From positions 62,001 through 126,000 of the forward strand of contig NIVC01001611.1 in NCBI GenBank assembly GCA_002269645.1: 64,000 bases of DNA. The letters run 5' to 3'. Positions 1-43,500 of the stretch are shown in pieces. This DNA comes from Macrostomum lignano. Its lineage: Eukaryota. Below the pieces are notes generated by a model. The model saw only the letters and a program-made list of their open reading frames with translations. It searched no databases and was not told where the DNA came from. The position numbers were made by a program, and so were the translations under genes. The number at the start of each line of letters is the position of its first letter. Within the stretch, counting starts at the first letter, position 1.

Positions 1-31803
<31,803 letters not shown>

Positions 31804-34414
31804 TTTTCCGCACCTCTGAATATTAGTGTTGATTGAATTTTTGATTCAATAGCTTGACAGGGACGACGGGAACTAAACAGCTGGCCAGGTGTGAATAGAC
31901 TTGATTGGCACACCTGTGAGGTCGCTATAGCCGACTAAAGATTGATTGCGGCTATATACAGCAGGCGCTGCTTCACTCAACTGTCAGTCTGCTCACTCCC
32001 GTTTTTGATCGGGCCTGTCAGTAGGCTTCTGAGATTTTGAGAGTCGAAAGATTCTGCGCGGAAGAGAATGCATGGGGATGGGGGTTGTTGGTTAAATTCT
32101 TCCCGATTGCCTCGCAGCAAGGGGGAGACGAGACGGACTGAAGCCGAGGATTGAAGCGACTGTCGAACGGAGGGGAAGAAAGACAGGCAGGGATGGGAGA
32201 GTCTGGGTAGGCGAACGAGCGACCGAGGCGAGGGGACGGATGGAGATGGTGAAGCTGGGATTTTTTGGGACGGAGCGAATGAAAACCGGCGGGTTGTGAG
32301 GAGCGAGGAGCTGCGGTATGGGAGGATGGGTGAATCGATTTGAGATGGACTTGGAAGGCTGGTCGCTATTCACTCCCACACACCCCTCCTCCCGACGCCA
32401 GTATAAAATTGCTGAGTGCGCACGCTGGCTGCGCTGCTCAAATAGAGTACAGGGGTACTGAGCGATGGGGCAGAGAGAACTTTGAGTCCCGCAGGGTAGG
32501 CAGATTCCGCTTTAGACCAACCAGTTTGCAATATAGACGCAGTTGCAAACGGATGGAGGTGGATTTTCCGAAGCCGATGATGATGGTTGGGGAGGGGGAA
32601 TGGGGATGGCGCTGTTTGGCACAGCTGCTAGTGGAGGATCCCGAGTTGCAGCCGTAGGGTGGGTAGTGTAGGAGCGGATTGGGAACTGCTCCAGAGTCAT
32701 TGGGTAAGAAAACTGCGGGGGGCAGATCGGGAGGACCTGGTCACATAAAAAAACTGTTCATAGGAGCAGCCTGTATACACACCCATCTGACAATGCTTCT
32801 CGCAAATCATCCACCCATGTGCATACGAGATTGCTTATTTGTAGATACGTATAGTATGACTAGCAAACCATGTATTGAATGTTAACCAATCCATGGACAA
32901 CTGCAGTAGTAGAAGGGCACTACACTTGATTTTCTAAAGCGGGTAATTGAAACGTCATATCGCCAGTGGATTTATAGTAAATTAAGTATGTGCTCGAAAA
33001 ATCCGATCACAGATTCTACATGTATATTACATGTATACCTTAGACATATCTAGATGTGTCACTCCTTAACATTCGCTAATGTACATTCACGTCCGTCCCC
33101 GAGGCGCACTGAAAACCCAGGCGTTAGGGCATATATCGCAGAGAAGTCCCATGAAGGAACATGTAATATATATCTGTGCATGAATCAGATTTTTCTAGCG
33201 CGGGCTTTATCTTAAACTCATTTGTCTATGGTTGAAGCCCATTCAGCGCTATGCGTTTTCTAGTAGAACTTATCCTCAAAGGCGTCATACCTGCGCTTAT
33301 GACGCAGGTATTTGTCTTCTAAAAAGTGGAATCGATTCTCACTCGACTCTTTTGTGGCCAGGCGTTCCTATTTCACAAATTATCTTATGGGGCATGTGTT
33401 GATGTCTGCACATGAAGTCTTTTGGAGCAGCGAATTTTTTTGGCATCCCGGCCTAGCTCGATCTCCATTTCTGCATGGCCTCTGAATGACACGGCATTAA
33501 TTATGGTACACATTGCTAATTTACATTTTACAATGTACACTTAATTCTTGAATAAAAACTACTATTATTCATCACTGATTAAAAACACAAGTAGTAAATT
33601 ACACGGTAGATGTGCAAATGAATGCATAAAAAAGATAAGAAATTTGTTTTCAACTTTTGACATCAATTACATTCAACTTATTTCTTCAAGCAATTTTTCA
33701 CTTGATCGCCCTTGAATCTCAATTCCCTCTCCTTCACGTGCAATTTGCCATCTCAAAACAATGTTATGTAGAAAATAAAATACATACATGTAGCTTCAGT
33801 AGCTGGGGTGCTTGCTTGTTAAACAACTTTTAACAAACGGATGTTTTCTTATTTCCATTTGTTTTCTTACATTTAGTTTGACACCGGGAAGTACTGTTAC
33901 TTTTTTAGTTTTACTCTGTATTCAGCGACCTGGATATTGCAACTAGCAATTAGACTTTTTAATTACTTAACACGTAACATTGTCCAAACATTCTGAGCAA
34001 TTCAATAATCCCAGAATTCTTAAAATATTCTCATTAAACTAGAGGAGTAGTTGACGTATTATGCTTATAAACGATTTATAAAGTATTTTAAACAAATTAT
34101 TTTTAATTATTTCCTATAAAAGCATTTATGCCTTTGTCGTTGGCAAAAAAAGATTAAAAACTAAAGTTTGACATACAATGAACATTATTTACTGTATTTT
34201 GTAAGCATTCAGTCAATAAGTTCAAATCTTCAGGCCACCACACTTTTCACTGCTTGCTTGCTGGTTGCTTTCTCGCAGTGGCTGTCCAGTCGAACCTTAT
34301 TAATTAAAAATTGTAATAAGAGCTTGGTTTTCGTTACAAAATTTTCAGCGGGGTGTGTCTAAGTAGTGTGCTACTTTTCTTTATTTACAGCATATTATTA
34401 GTCTCTTAGGAAAG

Positions 34415-34528
34415 ATGGTGGAACACGGGGACTTTGCTTCTAACTCTCTGAACAATCATCAAAGTGACTTCTGCACACTTTTAAATGGTTTGCAAAGTAT
34501 GCATAATGAAGAGAGAACAAATGCAGAG
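34415..34528 (+). CDS. IPO5: IPO5 exon 1 (not in the ORF track)
   Basis: MVEHGDF...[21 protein letters not shown]|GTAACC, joining in phase to TQYEQIP; matches the importin N-terminal F..LL..L.S..N..R..AE pattern. Confidence 0.85.
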
Positions 34529-37500
34529 GTAACCAGTTATTTTCTTATTTTTCTTGCATTAATTGATGAGCTTATTCATTTTTTGCAATGCTAAAATTTA
34601 AGTAGTATATAACAATGGCATTTTTTTATAGAAAAGACAGACTAATGTCTTTTAAAGTTGTTGTTTGCCCAGTTTCTAGCCTGCTAATAAGATACGTGTG
34701 GGTTTTCTGACAGATATTTTTTCTTTCAAATGGATAATTAAAACAAAAATAAATTAATGTTTTGAGATTTGAGATGTTTCAAGATGGCCTTGCCCGGTAC
34801 CCCTCAGTCTGTAGCTAGGCTGGACTGGTGTTTTCCACCAACAGGTGTTTGCTGACCCCTGAGCCAGCATCTGTTTCATAATAATAATAAATAATGTTTT
34901 GAGATACTTTTCTCACTTTGATGCCATATTTAGCTTTAAAATTTAAAATATAAATTTTATGTGTAGAAATTTTCTGTTATAAAGAAAAAAACAATGGTAT
35001 AAATGCAGTTTGTCAAAAGATGAATTCAGTAGCACCCCTTATAAACACATTTTGGAAGTCAAATATCTTGGGAAATACAAAAGACTGCATAGTTGTAGTT
35101 TTGTTGATTAAAATATTTTAACTCTAAAAAAGTAATCTATTATGGTCCAGTCTAAATATTTATGATCTTTAAAAAGTTGATAAATAACAAATAACTAAAA
35201 ATAAAATCTTAAATTTAGCAAGGCTAACCTACATAACCAAAAATATTGCCTCAATATCGTGTAGTAATTGCCTAACATCCCATCTTTGATTTGCTTCAAT
35301 ATCGCCCAATATTGTCTATTCACCAGGTTTGTCCATCCATATAGAGTTGCCATAATATTGCCAAGTGATATTGCCTGGTAATGGCTTTCCAAGTGCCTAG
35401 CAATAGCCAAACAAAAAAATAAGTCATTTATACACTTAAACTCAATTTATTTTATTCTTCATTTTTCATTTTGGCATTTGTCAATTAAAGTTGTTAATTT
35501 TTACTTCAATCATTTTATTTACAAAACATTCATTGTATTCCTGATGGTTGCATGCAATAACAGCCACGTGGCATATGGCATTCCCTTTAATACAAACTAG
35601 GCAAATGGCATTATATTAGAAATGGCTTAATTAGACCATTAATGATTTTGCTAACAATCCCAAATCACTCATTCTCCTTGGCCTTATGCTTCCATGTCAG
35701 GTCTAAGGCATAAAGAAAGACATGCTTTATGCCTGAGTTCACTTGTGCCTTGGTCATATTCAAGTGGCTGTTTTTTAAGGCTAGCTATATAAGACTATGC
35801 ATAGCAGAGTCTTCAAAGTGCCACTTGTCCTTTGTTCCTTTGAACGTAAACTTTGTGAGCACATTGGGATCAAAGAGATGGCAGAGGAGCTGGCTGGTAG
35901 CCTCTTGGGAAGTCCTTCCGCCAAGTCTTAAGAGCTGCTGAGCCTGCAATTGATCAAGTGTGGTAAAGTCAAGTTAGAATGAAGCCCATAGTTACAAGCA
36001 TAATAAATCTAGCAATTAAAAATACCAAGTTTTAGTAACGAGAAACCTACCTATATGCATTTTGGAAGCATGGAAAGTTAATACTATTCATCCAAGTTAC
36101 CAATTTGACCAAATTTTTTTTTTCTGCAGCCAAGCATTTAGCTGATCAATTCCAGCATCCCCATTGATGAGAATGCTGAATGGTAGATCCTCAGCAGCCA
36201 AATGTGGCTTAGGGTCTCTGTCAGCTGACGTGCTATGCCATCTACAATTGTCTAAATTGTGGCTAGCTCATGGAGTACACGTCTTTCAAATGCTGCAAAA
36301 AAGAATTAATCTCATATAAGCTTCCTCGGATCGTTGTCCAATGATTGTAATTTACTATCAGTAGCAAAAAGCCGCATGTTTTGAAAGCAGAACTCATATG
36401 ACAATTCCATTTGCATTTCTAAACACCATGATATGCAACGCTGACTACCTACACAGGCGCATTGGCTGGTTCATAGTTCTGACCTGCAGAATAGAACAGA
36501 GAATTAAGAAAACAAATTTAAAACTTGAGAAATAGATGCATATAGTTGGCACTTACTTGAATCAAGTTGAGAATAGACTTCAGAGGCTTCAATTTCTTCC
36601 CTTAGAGTTGAGAATGAGGTCAGCATACGTTGCTCCAACTTGGTAGATGCTAAAGGCATTGAAGCTGGAGCTGATGCTGAAGCTGACACTGACACTGGAG
36701 CTGATGCTGAGCTGATGCTGGAGCTGATGCTGACGCTAGAGCTGATGCTGATGCTGGAGCTGATGCTGACGCTGAAGCTGACATTGAAGCTGAAGCCAAG
36801 ACTGAAGGTGAAGCAAAAGTTGACCCTGAAATACAGGGGAAAGAAGGTGGATCTCTCAAACCAGAATTCAGATTTGCATGCTTAGGATAATTTTCTTTGG
36901 AATTAGATTCATTGTCAAAACTCGATTCCACCCTCTTTTTTAGTTGCCTATTGTCTTCCTCTATGAAGTGCTTGGTCTTCAATCTTCTTCTCTTGTTGAG
37001 ATCAGTACTTTCGATTTTACCGTCTTTAATCTAGCAGCTGAGTCTTCATTGCGCACAAAGTTCATCTGCTGAAATGGTTATAAGGATGTGGAGTAAAAGT
37101 CAATCATCTTTGATTTGAATTGATCATTTGGTGCAGGTAGTACTTACAGCATTGAGATAGCAAGACAACATGGTGTCTTTCCCATGTCTCTTCAGGGGTA
37201 AAAGCTTGGGTGCGCAAGGACTCTAGTTTGGAGTTAGAAACTGATGGCCATAAGCACTATGTGAGCCCAATCATCCATGCCTCTAGAACATACACCACTA
37301 ACTTTAGACTCAAGTCTACATTGTTTTGGAACTCAATGACCAGATACATCTGAAGAGTAAGACTTCACTAGTATACAACATTGATGAATACTGGGAATGC
37401 TACCATTTTTTAACCAATAGACAAGACACAGGCCTTGCATTTTATGAAACAAATAGGCAAGGCTATAAAATTATATGAGAGTGAGGCAATAAAAGAGATA

Positions 37501-40500
37501 TAAATTTTATTGAATCAAATGGATCAATATTTTAATTTTTGATATTGTTTTTTTAAATAATTAAATGCATAGAAACTTTTTGTTCTTGCAAAAATTCGCT
37601 ATAGCGCGATTTGCAGTGCATGCTCTCAATCTTTGTTATTCCATGGATTTGACTAGGATACTTGCCCTCAAATATCTCAATTGCAATTCAATCTCTCATG
37701 GCAATTCTCTATATGACCTAGCGGCTTTCCAAGAGAGGGACTATATAATGGCAAATGGTTATCGTGCTGTGATGGATTAGTGAGAATTTTGCGCATCACA
37801 TGGTAAATAAAAATATATCAAGGTGATACTTTGGCAAATCCAAGGCAACCTTTTCTATACGAAAATGAATATTATGGTTGCTTTTTAATAGATTAAAACT
37901 CACTTTTATGGCATAATTTGAATTCAACTGCAAGTATAAAAACAATGCAATCTTATTAAATGTAGCAACATCGCCTTGGTATTAATTGGCGATATATTGC
38001 CCCTTACAGCCCAGCAGGGAGTGAGCAATATCAAGGCAATTTTTTGGTTATGTGGGAAGCTATGTGCCATGCATAGGACTTTGTAAGCCCTATTTGACAT
38101 TTTTGCCATAGACTATTGCAGCTTTCAAGTGTATATTCCAGTGTATATTAAGATACATTATAGCAAGTTTTGAAGCCACACTCTAGATCATATAGTATAT
38201 GCCCAAAAATTGAGGCATGTATTGGCCTTATACTCCAAAAGTAGGAAGATTAGAAAAGTTCATTTTTAAGCATAAATTTCAATCTCTCTAAGTTTTTTAA
38301 GCTTGTAATAAAACATTTAAACAAATCTTTGTGTGTATTGATTTTCTGCTGTATATAGCATTGCCAAAAAAGCATAAAAATTAACCAAAGTATTTGCCAA
38401 AAAAATTCCATTACGCAATTTAAAAAAGGTCATTTATTGTTACAACAGGGGCATAGTTTTGAGAATAAGTGTGCATTCACTTTTTTAGTATACATTTCTG
38501 ATTATTTAATTCTTGTTTAGGTGTGCACCTAGCATGATCCAGACTATGGTTTTTAAGCATATAATTATTACTTAATCAGGTTTAAGTTCCTTAAAAATAC
38601 TTTCTTGTACTCAAAGTAGTTTGTAGATTACTTTTCTAGAGTCAAAATAATTTAACAAACAAAACTACAGTTATGCCTAAAAGACAATCATGTGTCTAAG
38701 ATGTCATTGCAAAGCTGAGACATGTGTCAAAAAGTGATAAAAGTTTCAGAGCAAATGATTGAAGGATAGAGATGCAGCAATAAATCAAAGTTTTAGTTGA
38801 TCAACAATCTTCAACCATGATCAACTGGGTACCAGTCATTTTGATAACAAATCATTTTGGTAACAAACATTCTGGTGACAAATAGTAATTTTGGTAATAA
38901 GTTGCTTTTGTTACAAACATATAGTCATAAGTATAGTATATATTAATAAGTATAGTCATTTTAATGACAGGAAGTGCTTCATAACCATAATCCTGATCAA
39001 CCAAAACTTTGATTTATTGCTGCATCTCTATGCTTCAATCCATAGTCCAGATCATGGCAGGTGTATGCTAAAATTAAAATTCTTGTTTTTTATATTTTTA
39101 AGTTTCTGACAGTCAGGCTATGGAACAGCCTTTATAGAAGCTGCTAATAGTCTTTTGTAGCATTGGTGGCAATCAAGGCTGCTGTAATAATCAAGGCACA
39201 AAAGAGCTTGCAATTCAGTTCCATGAACTCTACTAAAAAGTGGGCAGATGTGCTAAAGTTGTCTGGCTCTAGTGGCTAAATGCTGCAAGATATTTATGTC
39301 AATTTTTATTATGGTTACAAATATTGTTCTATTAGCCTATTAAAATTCAAGCTAATAGGACAAACAGCAGAGGTATGGCTACAAAATGTCATAGTGCTCT
39401 CTGTATTGACTTAATGATAGAATTTTAAATAGAGAAGCTTAACCCTTTAACAACTTTGGTGGCAGTAGTTTGATTATCTTGAAAGGCAAAGGAAATATCC
39501 CTTTAACAACTTAAAAAGCAGAAGTGGGATTCAATAAGGCAAAACAGAGGCATTTAATATAATAACTTGAAAAAAATCTATGCAAGCTTAAATGTCTTTT
39601 TGAATAATATTTTCAATCTATAATTTTGTTCTTAGATTAAGATATAATTTTAAGATATAATTCTATAGAATAATAAATATAAAAAGGTCTAACTTTATGG
39701 ATTAGGAACTTTAAGTCTAACAAGTAGTCATTTTGATCTTAAGTTGCTTTTATGATAGATACAATGGTAAAAATGAGAGATTTGGTAAGTAGTCATTATT
39801 AGATAATTACTAGCCATTACCTATTGTTATTTAGTGACAAGTGATACTTTACAATATCATTTATATATGCAAAACCTAGCCAACCTACAAGTAGCTAGCA
39901 AGGAAAGGGCCTAGCCAAGGTAAATTGCACAAATGACTATCTAAAAAAGAGAAAAATACTAATTTAGCCTAATAATATAGTCATAGTCTTGCTATTTATT
40001 CTAATTTATAATGTTCATTTTTGCTTAGGTTTCTTTCATATATAAGTCATATTTTTGGTCAGAAATTAAGTTGCATAGCTTGTGTAAAATATTTATAAGC
40101 CAGAAAATCTACCAAAATAAAAAGATTGCAATACATAAAGATTGGCAAAAAATTTTTGCTTGCAACCATAATGGCTATTACTAAAAGAATCTTATTTGGT
40201 GCTAAATTTTTTTTGCTTGTTACCGAAACAACCCTGATTTGAATAAGTTTCAAAATATGCAATAGGTACAAAAAAATAGCCTTAGCATGTTAATGAGTCT
40301 TAACAACAAACTTACCACTGCATATCAAGTTTTAAAAGGCATCAAAGTTAGTGCATAAAAAGAAAAGTAAATCCAATATTGCTACACATTGTAAATGGGA
40401 TAAAAGGATTGAAACATTCCAGCTTTAAATCCAACCTAATGCCAGCAACTATAAAGATTTAAAATATTTTAGGTTTTGTACTATGCATAATGTCTCTTGG

Positions 40501-43500
40501 CCTAAACTGGAATTTTGGAAAAAAAATCCAACAAAGACAGAAAATTCACTAATTGTCTTGCCTGAACTCTTAGCCAAGGCAGGCTAAATATTATGCTGTG
40601 ATTCACTACTTTTTTATTCAAAAGTATGCTAAATGTCTCCAGACTTTTAACTGGAATTGATTTAGCACCTGGCACAAATTTTAATGTGCTAATTGTCCCC
40701 GAATTCTTAAATTGCCTATTAATGACTAATACTACTTCTGGCAAAACTTATCCTAAATAACTTAGATCTGCAGTAGCTAGAGGAAAATGGTCTAAGGCTA
40801 ACTGTTATACAAGTAATTGCATAAACCAAAGAGTATCGCCCTGAGATGGTCTGATAGAGATAATTAAGCTTTCTTAATATATATTGCTGAACCTTTCCAA
40901 TAATAGTACTTCCCAATAGACAAAATAGACAAAATGCTAAGTTTTAATAGGATTGGCTTTAAATAATTATAAATTTTTAATTGTTTCTACTTTCAATAAT
41001 TAATAATTACTTGTTTAATTCACAAGAATTAGTTAACTACTATTATACAGATAGTTGTGATCTTACATGAATATTGCCTACCATGAAGCACTTAATAGAA
41101 TAAGAACAAAGTTAAATACTTGGCCTCCTGTGCCCTTACTAACGCAGTCTGTTAGACTATATAATATTCTGAGGCTTCGAATCTAACGCCACATAGTCTA
41201 ACATTTCATGATTTGAGTCAAATATATAATCGATGACTCTTACAACAAGCTTAGAGTCTTGATTGATTGATCCAAAATCATCTTAGGAATTATAAACTTG
41301 AGTTAGACAAAATATTAACACAAATAAGGCTCAAATATAAAAATCTGAATCGAAGAGTTTTTGCTGTTTTTCTTGTTTCGTCAAACCTCTACTACTTTAA
41401 GTAAAAATATAAATCAATGCAGTTTTATTATAAGAAACTTGACTACTCGCATTGTAGACTCAGTATGAGCAGATCCCTGCTCAGACTCGGCTTGGCCTAC
41501 TGCTGCAAAGCATGTCGACTGGCCAGACAACGGAATTGCGCTCATTCTCCGCTGTTCTATTGCGTCGCCTACTAGTTAAAAATCTAGACGAAGCCTACGA
41601 ACAATTGAATCCAACCGATCAGGCTAGCGTTCGTCAACAATTGTTGCTATGCGTTACTAACGAGCCGGATGCGTCTGTGCGCAGGAAGGCAGCAGATGCG
41701 GCAGCTGAGATGGCTCGCAATATTGGCGACGTTGCTGCTAGCGGCAATGACAGCAGCAACGCCTGCGGCTGGCCCGAGTTTGTCCAGCTGGCTGCTCAGT
41801 GCGTGCATAGTGGTCAGCCGGCTACTCAGCAGATTGGATTGCATCTGCTTGCTCAGGTGTGTCTTATTGCCTAACTATGCATGCATGCAGGGATACCTAT
41901 GTCGGGTGTACAGTAGCTCTGGCTTTGTCAGGCAATGTGTAAATTTTGTCTCTTGGAGGTTTGCGCTATAGTCAAATTACTCTCAATCGCCTCAATCATT
42001 TAAAAATCGCCTCAACTCTTCAAGAATCGCCCAGCCCTTCAAGAATCGCCCAGCCCTTCAAGAATCGCCCAAACCCTTCAAGAATCGCCCAAACCCTTCA
42101 AGAATCGCCCAAACCCTTCAAGAATCGCCCAAACCCCTCAAGAATCGCCCAAACCCTTCAAGAATCGCCCAAACCCTTCAAGAATCGCATCAAAGTCTCA
42201 GGTAAAACTCTGCTACAACCCAGCTTAAACTTTCATATCGCAGGTGCCCAGCGCGTTCTCCCACCCGGCCAGCCTGCCCTTGGTGCACCAGCTGCTAGAC
42301 AAAGCCGTCTCCGACGCCGGCAGCGCCGCTGTCCGCTCCGCCGGTGTGAAAGCCGCCTGCGCTTTCCTCGTAGCCAACGAAGAAGAGGAGGGCACGTTGA
42401 ACCAGATGCGGGATTTGCTGCCGCCGATGCTCCGCGGCCTAGCCGAATCAATCGTGACTCCCGAGTCTGACGACGCCTCAGGCGACGAGGACGCTGTGCT
42501 GAAAGGCTTTGTCGAATTGGCCGAAGTGCTGCACAAATGGTTGCGGCCTCAGCTAAGCCAACTAATTGAACTGTGCGTACAAACTGTCGGCAATCAACAG
42601 CTGCCGGATTCGAGGCGCCACCTGGCCCTGGAGTTGGTTGTCACTCTGTCTGAGAATGCTGCCGCTTCTGTACGCAAAGCTGGAGCTGGCAAAGTTGGCG
42701 CTCTAGTGCAACAGGTGCTCATGCTAATGACCGATCTAGAAGACGATCCGGAATGGGCTCTGCAGGTATGTAGTCGCGTGTTAATATAGTCTTGAACTTA
42801 ATTCCGCCCGTTTGAGCACATTTAAATCCGCTCTTTTAAGCACACTTACATCCGCCCTTTTGAGAACACTTGAATCCGCCCTTTTGAGCACAGTTAAAAC
42901 CGCTCTTTTGAGCACACTTACATCCGCTCTTTTGAGCCCACAAATCCGCCCTTTTGAGCACGCTTAAATCCGCCCTTTTGAGCACTATTAAATCCGCCCC
43001 GTTTGAGCACACTTATATCCGCTCTTTTGAGCACACTTGATAAATCCACCTTTTTGAGCACACTTAAATCTACCCTTTTGAGGACACTTAATTAATCTGT
43101 CGTTTTGAGCACACCTAAATCCGCCCTTCTGAGCACATCTAAATCGGTCATTAAGCACACCTAAATCGGTCATTAAGCACACCTAAATCGGTCATTAAGC
43201 ACACCTAAATCGGTCATTAGGCACACCTAAATCAGTCATTAAGCACACCTAAATCGGTCATTAAGCACACCTAAAACTGTCATTAAGCACACCTAAATCC
43301 GTCATTAAGCACACCTAAAACTGTCATTAAGCACACCTAAATCCGTCATTAAGCACACCTAAATCGGTCATTAAGCACACCTAAATCGGTCATTAAGCAC
43401 ACCTAAATCGGTCATTAGGCACACCTAAATCGGTCATTAAGCACACCTAAATCCGTCATTAAGCACACCTAAATCCGTCATTAAGCACACCTAAATCGGT

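Noticed and set aside
39439-39450. piggyBac-like TTAA-CCCTTT terminus
   Set aside because: No matching opposite terminus found.
40720-40920. Possible decayed GIY-YIG or retroelement fragment
   Set aside because: Only a few residues resemble the motif, amid many stops, so it is not supportable.
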